Positions 10,911-22,500 of a stretch of 64,000 nucleotides of DNA are shown here, one piece after another. The notes under the pieces were generated by a model. The model was not told the DNA's origin, ran no database searches, and was given only the letters and a program-made list of their open reading frames with translations. This stretch comes from Gammaproteobacteria bacterium (lineage in GTDB: Bacteria; Pseudomonadota; Gammaproteobacteria; Eutrophobiales; Eutrophobiaceae), in NCBI GenBank assembly GCA_965221695.1, contig OZ244905.1, forward strand, positions 3,104,001 to 3,168,000, given 5' to 3'. The position numbers and the translations under genes are program-made. How positions within the stretch are numbered: the stretch's first letter is position 1; every line of letters begins with the position of its first letter.

Positions 10911-11921
10911 ATGCGCATCCTTGGAATAGAAACCTCATGTGACGAGACCGGAGTTGCTATCTACGATTCCGACCAGGGTCTATTGGCAAACCAGCTTCAC
11001 AGTCAGGCCCGCCTGCACGACGCTTATGGTGGCGTAGTGCCCGAGTTGGCGTCCCGCGACCATGTCCGGCGTATAACGCCGCTGTTGGCTGCGGCTATGC
11101 AGGAAGCCGGCCTGGATTCGGGAGACATTGATGGGGTTGCTTACACCGCAGGTCCCGGATTGATTGGAGCATTGCTGGTCGGGGCCAGCGTCGGCAGAAG
11201 CCTGGCCTATGCCTGGCGCGTGCCTGCGCTGGCAGTGCATCATATGGAAGCGCATCTGCTGGCAGTGAATCTCGAAGCAGATCGTCCTGACTATCCGTTT
11301 TTAGCGCTGCTGGTCTCAGGAGGGCATACCCAACTATTGGAGGTCAGAGCGGTAGGAGATTACACATTACTAGGAGAATCTCTGGACGACGCGGCGGGCG
11401 AAGCCTTCGACAAAACGGCAAAATTGCTTGGGTTGGGTTACCCGGGCGGTCCGCAAGTGTCGGCGCTGGCCGCGCGCGGGCGCGCCGGCAGGCACACTTT
11501 CCCGCGCCCCATGACCGACAGGCCGGGTCTGGATTTCAGTTTCAGCGGCTTGAAAACAGCCGTGGCGCTGGTTGCCGGAGAACTGGAAGACGGCGATGTA
11601 CAGGCGCGCGCCGATATTGCCCGCGCCTTTGTGGATGCGGTCGTGGATACCCTCACGATAAAATGCAAGCGCGCCATGAACCAGACCGGCATCAACAAGC
11701 TGGTGGCGGCCGGCGGAGTCAGCGCCAACAGCCAACTCAGGGAGAAATTGAAGACAATGGCTGATGAGATGGGCGGACGAATCTACTATCCGCGACCGGA
11801 ATTCTGCACCGACAACGGCGCCATGATCGCTTATACGGGATATGTCAAACTGAGCGCCGGCGCAAGCGAACCACTGGCATTTGCCGCTTATCCACGCTGG
11901 CCGGTATTTTCAGCGCCTTAA
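10911..11921 (+). CDS. tsaD: tRNA N6-adenosine threonylcarbamoyltransferase
   Basis: [40 protein letters not shown]. Confidence 0.97.
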   Translation: MRILGIETSCDETGVAIYDSDQGLLANQLHSQARLHDAYGGVVPELASRDHVRRITPLLAAAMQEAGLDSGDIDGVAYTAGPGLIGALLVGASVGRSLAYAWRVPALAVHHMEAHLLAVNLEADRPDYPFLALLVSGGHTQLLEVRAVGDYTLLGESLDDAAGEAFDKTAKLLGLGYPGGPQVSALAARGRAGRHTFPRPMTDRPGLDFSFSGLKTAVALVAGELEDGDVQARADIARAFVDAVVDTLTIKCKRAMNQTGINKLVAAGGVSANSQLREKLKTMADEMGGRIYYPRPEFCTDNGAMIAYTGYVKLSAGASEPLAFAAYPRWPVFSAP

Positions 11922-12503
11922 CCTGATCCTGTTTTCTGTGCCGTTTAACAGTTGTTTTAGGTTGGACCGATGCCGCCAGACCAGCATCACGGACATCAGG
12001 CTTACCCCCGCGAGATAAGGCCAGGGAGTTATCAGCAACCAGCAAAACAGGGGCGTTAGTAGAGCAACGGCGATTGCCGCCAGGGAGGCATACCTGAATA
12101 GCAGCGCGACCAGCAACCAGCCAAGCACGAACGCCGTGCCCAACAGCCAATGGAAGCCAAGCAGGACTCCAATTAACGTTGCCACCCCTTTGCCGCCGCG
12201 AAAACCAAAAAACAGCGGATACAAATGTCCGCTGAATGCGGCCAGACCGGCTGCGACGACGAACACATCGGGCGCCTGGACATAACGCAATATCAGGACG
12301 GGAAGCAGCCCTTTCAACAAATCGCCGCTGAGAGTGAGCAGCGCGGCAGTTTTGCCGTACAGGCGCAGCACGTTGGTGGCGCCGGGGTTGCCGGAGCCTT
12401 GTTCTCTGGGGTCGCCGAGCCCCAGGGTTTTGCAAACTATCACGGCGCTGGCAAGAGAACCTGCCAGGTAGGCAAGGATTACCAGGGCAATGTGAGTGAA
12501 CAT
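11910..12503 (-). CDS. plsY: Glycerol-3-phosphate acyltransferase
   Basis: [30 protein letters not shown]; probable start MFTHIAL at 12503. Confidence 0.95.
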   Translation of the reverse strand: MFTHIALVILAYLAGSLASAVIVCKTLGLGDPREQGSGNPGATNVLRLYGKTAALLTLSGDLLKGLLPVLILRYVQAPDVFVVAAGLAAFSGHLYPLFFGFRGGKGVATLIGVLLGFHWLLGTAFVLGWLLVALLFRYASLAAIAVALLTPLFCWLLITPWPYLAGVSLMSVMLVWRHRSNLKQLLNGTENRIRLRR

Positions 12504-12670
12504 GTGTTTAACCCGGATTACAAAACACGATATTCTACTTTGACAACAGGATTCAACCAACCCTCGTTCGTTTGGAGCAATTTGCCAGGCACATGACGAT
12601 ATTGTTTTCATGTGCATTGAGTGAAAGAGTACTAGGCGTGCGGGCGCTCCATTGGCTGGGGACAACAATA

Positions 12671-13426
12671 ACGCGGGACATAACCTTATATAGGGAACAG
12701 GCTCCGCAGAATTTGGAATACGACACCAAAGCCCAAATCTATACCCGCTCTAATGCCTACCAACCACTGTTCAACTACACCTCCCAACAGGCGCTAGCGG
12801 CACTGGCACATGGGTTAGGCGATGATTTTCTCACCACTCAGAAGGCACACATTGCACGCGAAACCCCGACGCAACTCAACAGACCACAACTGGATACACT
12901 GGTAGCACTGACTAGAGCCATCCATCAACAAAAGGTTGTAGAAATCGCCTACCGCTCACTGAGCAGTGGTCAAACGACACGGAGAATTGCTCCCTATGTT
13001 CTGGTCGATAACGGCCTGCGCTGGCATGTACGCGCATTTGATTGCAAGCGCTCCCGCTTCACTGATTTCGTCATCAACCGGATATCTGCCCCGAAACTTA
13101 TCGATAACGACCAGATTCATGAGTCAGAAAAAAAAGATAACGACATCCAGTGGAATCGGATCTTCGAACTGGAGATCGTTCCTCACCCAAGACTTAAGTA
13201 TCCGAAAACAATCGAACACGAATACAACATGGCCAACGGCACGCTACATCTCAATGTGCGTGTTTCTGTAGCAGGCTATGTACTGAGAAGGTGGAATGTC
13301 GACTGCTCCGAAGAGCACAGTCTTAATGGCCCGGAGTATCACCTATGGTTAAAAAATCGCCAAGCACTCTATGGTGTAAAAAACCTGGTCATCGCACCAG
13401 GCTACCACCCGGACGAACCGGAATAA
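12671..13426 (+). pseudogene. WYL-domain transcriptional regulator (BrxR/CapW-like), probably 5'-truncated
   Basis: TRDITLYREQAPQNLEYD, YRSLSSG, GLRWHVRAFD, RFTDFVINRI, AGYVLRRWNVDCS, LAPGY-like end. The upstream in-frame sequence (12572-12670) does not resemble the family N-terminus. Confidence 0.7.
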
Positions 13427-13514
13427 TCAAAGAAGACCCATGCTCGAATATAATGAGATAATAGATGTCAAATTCGGGAGCTATAGCAAACAAAACAAGG
13501 CAGGATCAAGCTGA

Positions 13515-15095
13515 ATGACTAACAACAAAGAAATCGAGCGCTCGGAACTCCATAGAACCATTTGGCGGATCGCTAACGATCTGCGCGGCAGCGTCGACGG
13601 CTGGGACTTCAAAAGCTATGTCCTGGGCATGCTGTTCTACCGTTTCATCTCCGAGAACCTGGCCGGATACCTCAATGAATCTGAGCGCAAGGCAGGCAAT
13701 CCGGTCTTTGATTACGCGAAAATGACAGACGACGATGCCGAATTTGGCCGCACTGAAACAGTTAAGGAAAAAGGTTTCTACATCCTGCCTTCTGAACTCT
13801 TCAGCAATGTACGGAAACGGGCAAGACACGATGAAAACCTCAATGAAACTCTGAGTCAAATTTTCGCCGCTATCGAAGGTTCAGCGACAGAAACCGAAAG
13901 CGAGGACGATTTCAAAGGGCTATTCGACGATCTCGACGTAAACAGCAGCAAACTCGGCCCCACGGTGACCAAGCGTAACGAGAAGCTCGTTAACCTGCTA
14001 GAAGCCATCGGCGACTTGCCGCTGGGTAATGGCGCGGGTAGTTTTACCGAAAATACTATCGACCTGTTCGGTGATGCCTATGAATTTCTGATGACGATGT
14101 ATGCATCTACTGCTGGGAAATCTGGTGGTGAATTCTTTACACCACAGGAGGTCTCCGAACTGCTTGCTCGTATCACCGTGGTGGGTAAGAGTGAGGTCAA
14201 CAAGGTGTACGACCCAGCCTGTGGTTCAGGCTCGTTGCTGCTGAAGTTCGTCAAGGTGCTTGGGCATGACAAAGTGCGCCAGGGTTTCTTTGGTCAGGAG
14301 ATCAACCTGACTACCTTCAACCTATGCCGCATCAACATGTTTTTGCACGATGTCAATTACGAAAAGTTCGACATCGCCCACGGTGATACGCTCACCGATC
14401 CCACCCATTGGGACGATGAACCATTCGAGGCCATCGTCTCCAATCCTCCATATTCGATCAAGTGGGCAGGCAAGGACAACCCACTGCTTATCAATGACCC
14501 GCGCTACGCTCCAGCAGGCGTGCTCGCGCCCAAGAGCAAGGCCGATCTCGCCTTCACCATGCACATCCTGAGTTGGTTGGCGGTAAACGGTACAGCGGCC
14601 ATTGTCGAATTCCCTGGCGTGCTCTATCGCGGCGGCACAGAAAAGAAAATCCGCCAATATCTGATCGACAATAACTACATCGACACCGTCATCCAACTGC
14701 CGCCCGATCTCTTCTTTGGCACCACCATTGCCACCTGTATTATCGTGCTGAAGAAATCCAAGTTCGATAATGCCACGCTGTTTATTGATGCCTCTGAAGA
14801 ATTTAACCGCGGCGGCAACAAAAACAAGTTGTCAGTCGAACATCAGCAAAAGATTCTTGATGCTTTTACCAAGCGTGAAGATATTGAACATTTTGCCCGG
14901 CTGGTACCGAACGAAGAGATTGGCGAAAACGATTACAACATTTCCATTTCCTCCTATGTGGAACAAAAAGATGGACGAGAAGAGATTGACATCGTGAAGC
15001 TGAATGCCGACATCAAGGAAATCGTCGCAAGGCAAACGGAACTGCGGGCGCAGATTGATGCCATCGTGGCCGATATTGAGGGGGGACAAGCATGA
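13515..15095 (+). CDS. hsdM: Type I restriction-modification methyltransferase
   Basis: [25 protein letters not shown] motif IV. Confidence 0.96.
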   Translation: MTNNKEIERSELHRTIWRIANDLRGSVDGWDFKSYVLGMLFYRFISENLAGYLNESERKAGNPVFDYAKMTDDDAEFGRTETVKEKGFYILPSELFSNVRKRARHDENLNETLSQIFAAIEGSATETESEDDFKGLFDDLDVNSSKLGPTVTKRNEKLVNLLEAIGDLPLGNGAGSFTENTIDLFGDAYEFLMTMYASTAGKSGGEFFTPQEVSELLARITVVGKSEVNKVYDPACGSGSLLLKFVKVLGHDKVRQGFFGQEINLTTFNLCRINMFLHDVNYEKFDIAHGDTLTDPTHWDDEPFEAIVSNPPYSIKWAGKDNPLLINDPRYAPAGVLAPKSKADLAFTMHILSWLAVNGTAAIVEFPGVLYRGGTEKKIRQYLIDNNYIDTVIQLPPDLFFGTTIATCIIVLKKSKFDNATLFIDASEEFNRGGNKNKLSVEHQQKILDAFTKREDIEHFARLVPNEEIGENDYNISISSYVEQKDGREEIDIVKLNADIKEIVARQTELRAQIDAIVADIEGGQA

Positions 15096-16324
15096 GTCAG
15101 ATTGATGAATTGATTACCGAGCATTGCCCGGAAGGGGTTAAGTTCGTGCAACTCGGTATATGCGCTGCATATTCAGATACAAAAATTTCTGCCAGCGAAC
15201 TTGATAAAACAAACTTCGTCGGTGTCGACAATCTTCTTCAGAACGCCGCGGGAAAAATAGATGCAATTTATCCACCGAATACAGCTCGGCTTACAGCATA
15301 CAGGGCTGGTGACATTCTTCTTGGTAACATTCGGCCTTATCTGAAAAAAGTCTGGTTTGCTGATAACAATGGTGGATGCAGCGGTGACGTATTAGCAATT
15401 CGTATTTCTCAGGAGTTTCAACAACAGCTATTGCCAAAGTTTTTGTACTACCCTCTCTCTTCTGACCATTTCTTTGCCTACAACATGCAACACGCTAAAG
15501 GCGCGAAGATGCCACGAGGAAGTAAAGACGCCATTCTGAAGTACCTCATTCCCGTTCCGCCCATCGAAGTGCAGAACGAAATTGTGAAAGTGCTTGACAG
15601 CTTCACCAAGTTGGAGGCGGAGTTGGAGGCGGAGTTGGAGGCGGAGTTGGAGGCGCGTCGTCGGCAGTACGCGTACTACCGCTACGCATTACTGAGCTTC
15701 GATGAGCGTATGCGCGGCGCAAGCAAGCAACTAAGGATAGAATGGAAGACCTTGGGTGAGTTATGCAAATCTGTGACGTCCGGTGGGACGCCTTTATCTA
15801 CTCGCACCGATTATTACGGCGGTGATATTCCGTGGTTGCGTACACAGGAAGTCCGATATTTTGACATTCACAGCACTGAAATCTCAATCACAGAAAAAGG
15901 GCTTATAGAGTCAGCAGCAAAGTGGATTCCTGCTAACTGTGTAATCGTCGCTATCTCTGGTGCTACAGCCGGACGGTCTGCAATTAACAAAATTGCGCTA
16001 ACTACAAACCAACACTGCTGCAACTTGGAAATTGACCCAGAACAGGCGAACTACAGATATGTGTTCCACTGGGTGAGCAAGGAATACGAAAAGCTCAAAG
16101 CTCTCGGACAAGGCGCGAGGGCTGATTTAAATTCAGGGATTATAAAGAGTTACCCGATCCCTGTTCCCTCCCTCGAAGAGCAAGCCCGCATCGTCGTCAT
16201 CCTCGACAAGTTTGATGCCCTGGTGAATGAGCTCTCCAGCGGCCTTCCCGCCGAAATTAAGGCCCGTCGCCAACAGTACGAATACTACCGCGACCGGCTG
16301 CTCCATTTCCGGGAGGCCGCATGA
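15092..16324 (+). CDS. hsdS: Type I R-M specificity subunit (type IC-like)
   Basis: Two TRDs, IPVPP..Q..IV conserved regions, LEAE repeats, [14 protein letters not shown] end; ATGA overlaps with hsdM and hsdR. Confidence 0.95.
   Translation: MSQIDELITEHCPEGVKFVQLGICAAYSDTKISASELDKTNFVGVDNLLQNAAGKIDAIYPPNTARLTAYRAGDILLGNIRPYLKKVWFADNNGGCSGDVLAIRISQEFQQQLLPKFLYYPLSSDHFFAYNMQHAKGAKMPRGSKDAILKYLIPVPPIEVQNEIVKVLDSFTKLEAELEAELEAELEARRRQYAYYRYALLSFDERMRGASKQLRIEWKTLGELCKSVTSGGTPLSTRTDYYGGDIPWLRTQEVRYFDIHSTEISITEKGLIESAAKWIPANCVIVAISGATAGRSAINKIALTTNQHCCNLEIDPEQANYRYVFHWVSKEYEKLKALGQGARADLNSGIIKSYPIPVPSLEEQARIVVILDKFDALVNELSSGLPAEIKARRQQYEYYRDRLLHFREAA
15609..15655 (+). repeat. Perfect 12-bp tandem repeat (AGTTGGAGGCGG x ~3.9) in hsdS
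   Basis: Read directly; encodes [15 protein letters not shown]. Confidence 0.95.
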
Positions 16325-19300
16325 GCGAAGACCTCACGCCGTACCGCATTGAACCGATTGCGCTTTCAGAGGAAAGCACGGTCGTTGCCGAATTCCAGTT
16401 CGATGAAGTTCGAGAAACAGCATATCAGTCCGAAGCAGAACAGGAACAAGCCTTTATCAGGCAATTGCAGTTGCAGGCCTATGAATACCTAACACTCACC
16501 TGTGAGGCCGATCTGATCGCCAATCTGCGCCGCCAATTGGAAGCGCTGAACAAGGTATCGTTTTCCGATGCAGAATGGGATCGCTTTTTTACCACTTCCA
16601 TTGCCGGAGCCAATGAAGGCATCGTCGAAAAAACCACGCGTATTCAGGAAGACCATATCCAGGCGCTCAAACGGGACGACGGCACGGACAAGAACATTTA
16701 CCTGATAAACAAGCAGCACATCCACAACAATCGCCTGCAGGTCATTAACCAATACGAGGTAAAGGGAAGGCGGGCAAATCGCTATGATGTGACGGTGCTG
16801 GTCAATGGTCTGCCAATGGTACATATAGAGCTTAAACGAAGGGGCGTGGATATCCGCGAGGCTTTCAACCAGATCAACCGCTACCAGCGTGATAGTTTCT
16901 GGGCGGGCTCCGGCCTTTTCGAGTATGTGCAACTGTTTGTTATCAGCAACGGCACGCTGACCAAGTACTACAGCAACACGGTACGTCATGGTCACCTGGT
17001 GGAACAGCGCAACAAGCGTAGTCGGCATAGAACCTCCAACAGCTTTTCATTCACCAGTTGGTGGGCTGACGCGAAGAACCAGTCGATCATGGAGCTGATG
17101 GGCTTCACCAAAACCTTTTTTGCCAAGCACACGCTGTTGAACATCATGACTCGGTACTGCGTGTTCGATGTAGACCGAAAGCTGCTGGTGATGCGGCCCT
17201 ACCAGATCGTGGCGGCGGAACAGATTCTGCTACGTATTGCGACGGCCACCAATCACAAGCAGTTGGGCACAGTAGCCGCAGGTGGTTACATCTGGCATAC
17301 CACCGGCAGCGGCAAGACACTGACCAGTTTCAAGGCAGCTCAACTGGCGCGGGGTCTGTCGGATATCGAGAAGGTGCTGTTTGTGGTAGACCGCAAGGAT
17401 CTGGATTATCAGACCATGCGCGAATACGAACGCTTTGAAAAAGGCGCGGCCAACTCCAACACATCGACAGCGGTGCTGCAACGGCAGTTGGAAGACCCGA
17501 ACGCTCGCATCATCATCACCACCATTCAGAAGCTCAGTCGCTTCGTGGCAAAGAACAAAAAACACCCGGTCTATGATGCGCATGTGGTGGTAATTTTTGA
17601 TGAATGCCATCGCAGCCAGTTCGGCGACATGCATGCGGAAATCATCCGGGTCTTTAAACGTTACCACCTGTTCGGCTTTACCGGCACACCGATCTTCGCC
17701 GATAACGCGGGGACTCACGGCAATCCGCTCAAGCGTACCACCGATCAAGCATTTGGCGACAAGCTGCACACCTACACCATTGTCGATGCCATCAGCGACA
17801 AGAATGTGCTGCCCTTTCGCATCGACTACATTAACACGATCAAGACATCACCGGGTCTTAAGGATAAGAAGGTATCGGCTATTGATACGGAGCGGGCATT
17901 GCAGGCGCCGGAACGCATCACACAGGTTGTGAGCTATATCCGGGAACACTTCGGCCAGAAAACCAAGCGTAGTTCCATGTACAGCTATCATGGCAAACGA
18001 CTGGCCGGATTCAACTCACTGTTCGCCACGGCCTCAATTGAGGCAGCCCAACGCTATTACGTAGAGTTTTCGAAGCAACAAGAGGATGTGCCACCCGTAC
18101 AACGGCTGAAGATTGGCCTGATCTATAGCTTTGCCGCCAATGAAGAAGAAAGCGATGGATTGCTGGGTGAGGAAGTATTTGAGACCGAAAGGTTGGATCA
18201 AGGCGCACGGGATTTTCTGGATGCCGCGATCAATGACTACAATGCCTTGTTCGCTACCCGTTTCGATACGTCAGCCGATAAGTTTCAGAATTACTATAAA
18301 GACTTGTCGGAACGCCTGAAAAAACGTGAGCTGGACCTGGTGATCGTAGTCAACATGTTCCTGACCGGCTTCGATGCCACCACGCTTAACACGCTCTGGG
18401 TGGACAAGAACCTTCGAGCACATGGGCTGCTCCAGGCTTACTCGCGCACCAACCGAATCCTCAATTCGGTAAAGACCTACGGCAACATCATATCCTTCCG
18501 CGATCTCGAACAGGAAACCAATGATGCACTGGCGCTGTTCGGTAACAAGGATGCCAAAGGCATCGTGTTGCTGAAGCCTTACGCCGAATACTACAAAGAG
18601 TACCAGGATCGGATCGAAGAAATTGTCGCCGGTTTTCCGCTCGGCAAGGCCATTGTAGGTGAAGCGGCCCAGAAGGCGTTTATCATGCTCTTTGGCGCAA
18701 TCTTACGTCTGAAGAATATTCTTACGGCGTTCGATGATTTCGCAGGTAATGAAATCCTCAGTGAGCGTGACTTCCAGGATTACCAGAGTCTGTATCTTAA
18801 TCTGTACGCCGAATTCCGCAGCGCTTCTGATGCGGAAAAAGAGTCGATTAACGATGATGTGGTGTTCGAGATCGAGCTAATCAAGCAGGTCGAGATCAAT
18901 GTTGATTACATCCTGATGCTGGTCGAAAAGTATCTGAAGAAGAAAGGCTCAGGCGAAGACAAAGAGATCCGGGCTACCATTGAACGTACAATCAACTCCA
19001 GCCCCAGCCTGCGCAACAAGAAAGACCTTATCGAACAGTTTGTTGACTCCGTCTCTGTGAACGCCAAGGTCGATTCGGAATGGGTCACCTATATTACGGC
19101 CAAAAAGGCAGAGGAGCTTGATCGAATTATCGCGGACGAAGGACTCAATGCCGATGAGACGAAGGTGTTTGTTGACAACGCTTTCCGGGATGGGGCAATC
19201 CCGGTCACCGGCACCGCCATTACGAAAATTCTGCCACCGGTTTCAAGGTTCAATAAAAACAACGACCACGCAGTAAAAAAGCAAACTGTGCTGGATAAAC

Positions 19301-19338
19301 TGGGCGTGTTCTTCGAGCGTTTCTTCGGTCTACTCTGA
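16321..19338 (+). CDS. hsdR: Type I restriction endonuclease subunit R
   Basis: YDVTVLVNGLP..IELK nuclease motif, HTTGSGKT, DECHRS, FGFTGTP, MFLTGFD, QAYSRTNR. Confidence 0.96.
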   Translation: MSEDLTPYRIEPIALSEESTVVAEFQFDEVRETAYQSEAEQEQAFIRQLQLQAYEYLTLTCEADLIANLRRQLEALNKVSFSDAEWDRFFTTSIAGANEGIVEKTTRIQEDHIQALKRDDGTDKNIYLINKQHIHNNRLQVINQYEVKGRRANRYDVTVLVNGLPMVHIELKRRGVDIREAFNQINRYQRDSFWAGSGLFEYVQLFVISNGTLTKYYSNTVRHGHLVEQRNKRSRHRTSNSFSFTSWWADAKNQSIMELMGFTKTFFAKHTLLNIMTRYCVFDVDRKLLVMRPYQIVAAEQILLRIATATNHKQLGTVAAGGYIWHTTGSGKTLTSFKAAQLARGLSDIEKVLFVVDRKDLDYQTMREYERFEKGAANSNTSTAVLQRQLEDPNARIIITTIQKLSRFVAKNKKHPVYDAHVVVIFDECHRSQFGDMHAEIIRVFKRYHLFGFTGTPIFADNAGTHGNPLKRTTDQAFGDKLHTYTIVDAISDKNVLPFRIDYINTIKTSPGLKDKKVSAIDTERALQAPERITQVVSYIREHFGQKTKRSSMYSYHGKRLAGFNSLFATASIEAAQRYYVEFSKQQEDVPPVQRLKIGLIYSFAANEEESDGLLGEEVFETERLDQGARDFLDAAINDYNALFATRFDTSADKFQNYYKDLSERLKKRELDLVIVVNMFLTGFDATTLNTLWVDKNLRAHGLLQAYSRTNRILNSVKTYGNIISFRDLEQETNDALALFGNKDAKGIVLLKPYAEYYKEYQDRIEEIVAGFPLGKAIVGEAAQKAFIMLFGAILRLKNILTAFDDFAGNEILSERDFQDYQSLYLNLYAEFRSASDAEKESINDDVVFEIELIKQVEINVDYILMLVEKYLKKKGSGEDKEIRATIERTINSSPSLRNKKDLIEQFVDSVSVNAKVDSEWVTYITAKKAEELDRIIADEGLNADETKVFVDNAFRDGAIPVTGTAITKILPPVSRFNKNNDHAVKKQTVLDKLGVFFERFFGLL

Positions 19339-19458
19339 GAAATCGGTAATAATGCAGCAGATTAGAGTCATTAGCGCGGCCATAGAGAGAGCCACTTAGG
19401 ATATATGTCGGGATGGAACAGAAATAGCTCGGTGCGCTGATGAAGCTGGGAAACAGTT

Positions 19459-19539
19459 CGTCCCCTCATGCAACAGCAAACGCCGCCCCGACAAATACCC
19501 CGCGGTCTGCCGGAACAACGCCTCCGTTAATCGATGTTG
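19459..19539 (-). pseudogene. IS5-family transposase fragment (27 codons)
   Basis: Hand translation QHRLTEALFRQTAGYLSGRRLLLHEGT resembles the IS5-subgroup segment just before the GTIVDAT catalytic motif (recognition from memory). Confidence 0.55.
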
Positions 19540-19582
19540 AATCTGTTCAATTAATTCTGGGGACACTACTGTTGCCCGTATA

Positions 19583-22500
19583 TTATTGTCCGTGCTGGCG
19601 CGAATACTTCATGAGCCATTCATAGCGATCATCAGTTGCCAGCTCAGGCGCCGATTTTTTGATTTCCTCCAGGCATTTAACGAGGCGCCGCGGTAGCCAT
19701 TGTGTCTGCTCGCCAATCACCAACTTCAGAAAGTCCAGCGCCTCCTGTGGAAACTTGTCGCAAAGACCGGCCTCATGAAGTCGCTGGACCAGATGGTCCG
19801 GGTGGGACAACGGTTGAAGCCAAACCTTGAGCCGCGTGAGCGCTTCGGGGAACGCCTCCCGTGCCGTCACGCACAGGAGACCGAGACTTTCGGCGATGGT
19901 GGGTGTATTTTTGTCGCTGGTATTGGGCCAGATGTTATGCAGATATGGGTCGACTCGGTTGGCCCAGTAGTCAGCGCGTTGGTCGCCTGCATCCTCAAGA
20001 GACCTTACCAGTGTATGCGCTGCATTGTGCAAAACATCCGGAGGCAGCGAGCGGGTGGCAACCGCCAGTTCGTCGATGGTGAAAGTGTCACCCCGGTCGA
20101 GCGCAGCGATTGTCAGCAGCGAAGCGTATTGCCGGCCGTACTCGCCCAATTCCCCGTAATGCCTCGCGGTATCAAGGAAGGATGACTTGAGCATTTCCAT
20201 TAAAGGGTGATACAACTGCGCTGACCAAAGGAAACCTTCCCAGGCTGCACTCGCTTCGGCCCTAGAGCGTTGCCAGTCGAAAAACGGCAACAGGTGTTGT
20301 TTCACCCAATCCGGGTCAATGCGGAATAATGGGACGATATGGGCAGCCAGCAACACGCGGCCATGTCTGAACTTGCCCACCCCGGTATCACAAAGCTCGG
20401 TGAATATAGGCTTGATCTTCTCGGGCAAGCCTTGTCTATCCTCCAGCGATCGTCGATACCACCAGCGCAGCAGCGCTTCCGAGACGTGGCCTACGGGATG
20501 ATTGATGGCACGCGTGACGTGATCGTTGGTTTCGACACCATCCTGAAGATCCAGTGTCAGGATACGGCGACCGAGCGTGAAGAAATGTGCTTCGTGACCT
20601 TCAAATGTCCTGGAAACGGCTTTCAGCCACAAACTGACACCATGGCCCAGAGATTGCATATTTGCGTCAGGAGCGGCGACAAGAATAGGCGCCATGTAGC
20701 GCCAGGACCGCGACAGGTGTTTCTCCTCTGACCATACCTGAAGGGCTTCGCACCAGCGTTCAATAGGCCAGACACCTTCTTTGGCCAACGCGCACAAGGC
20801 ACAAGCGGCAGTCGCAAAGTTATCGCGGCAACGCTGCATCCAGTCGTCTTTCTGCCAGTGATCTTTGTTGGATTGTTGCCTTAGCCATTCAACCAGCTTT
20901 TGGCGACGCCGCGGTGAGCGGACGAACTTGCGTAACTCGTCGCCATCGCTCTCCCAGTAAGGAAACTCATCTCGCTGATCCGCTGCCAGTTCCCACTCCG
21001 GGTACTGCTCAGTAAGCTGAGTCAGCCTTTCCTTACTGGACGAACTCAAGACGCCGCCGCTCCCGGCTATCTTCGCCAGACGCAGCCAGATTTCGCGATC
21101 CATGATCCGAGTCCAGAGATCGGGATCAACATCGTCCCTGAACATTTCGCGGGGTGGCTTACCAAGAATGGCCTGTTCCAGCTCCAAGAGCATCGCACTA
21201 TCGAGTTTCGGTGCGAGCGCAATTATCAAGCGCATGGCCTCCCGCTGGGTTTCTCCGGACCACAGCCACCAATGGTCGTCCGCAAGCAACCAGTCGAGTG
21301 CGCGGCGGAGAGGTATCAGGTTGTCCTGTGCTGCGGCAAAGAAGGCCAGACGCCGAAACAGCGGGTAAGGTGTATACCACCACGACTCGGCTACAAGCGC
21401 AGCTTGCTTGGGTAACCGCCTTAGCGTGGCTAGCCAGGCGTCCCGGGTCAGGTCGATCAAGACTGTCCAATCGCGGAAGTCCTTGTTTTGCGGGTGCTCG
21501 CTGATAGAGGGCTGATGAAAGTATGACCGATCGCTTCTGTCCCCGGCGCTGCCGAGTTCGCGCATCAAATCAAGCGCGTCACGCAATAAGGCACTGACAT
21601 CGGATAGTAGTTCAGGCAATGCGGCAATCCAGCGATCATCGTTGGTCAGATCGCGCAGGCTTGAATACACGTGTTCCGTCGATAGCACAATCTCCCACCC
21701 AACCAGATCGTTGATGTCCTCCGGTTCGCCAGTTTCTTCTTCTTCGACTAGCCTGGGGAATGGCTCGCGTAACAATATGCGCGGGGTCAACATTTCTCGC
21801 AGTTCTAGGCGTAGGGTAGCGGTGAGGCCATCGCGTTTGAAGCGGTCGCTCCAGAGATATCGGTCGAAGACGCTCTGCCACGATCTCAAGCGTCCGGTCA
21901 GCAACAGTCGCCACAAGGTGCGCATCAACGGGCCGGGGATCGCCTTGGGTGCGTTCGCGCTAATGTGTGTTAACTTTGCCGTGTTGCCTTCGCGTTCGAG
22001 TTTGGCCTGTTCGTCCAGGCGATGTTCAATCAACCCAGCCATCTCATCATGCAACTGACCACCACACTTGGATAGCCACAACACCAGCGCCGGGTCGTCG
22101 AGATGACGGACGAGCCAGCGCGCCAACTGCCACATCACTTTGTCCCAGCGCCCTCCACGAGATCCATCATCGACGACACACATCAACGGCGCCAGGGGAT
22201 AAGGCGACGGCCGACATATCAGGCTGAAGGCGAGTTCGTCATCCACATCTGCCTTGGGTGGGACGCCGAAGCAGTCAAGGTCTGCATGATGGTAGCGTTC
22301 CTCGCTCAAGGGATCCAGCCAAGCCAGTGATGGTACAGGGTCCAGATCAGCGAAGCGCCTTGCCGGCAGGCCAGTCGGATCGCTCAACGCCCACAACATG
22401 CGGCCAACGAAGTTGTTCTGTCGGGTGTTCGCCAGAGGGTTTTCTTTGGCGCACTCGACGACAATGCGCTCTTTGCCGCGCACGCCGTCGCGGTAGGTCT

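Noticed and set aside
19553-19569. AATTCTGGGGACACTA as a RAYT-associated end
   Set aside because: Single short occurrence with no partner or transposase in the window.
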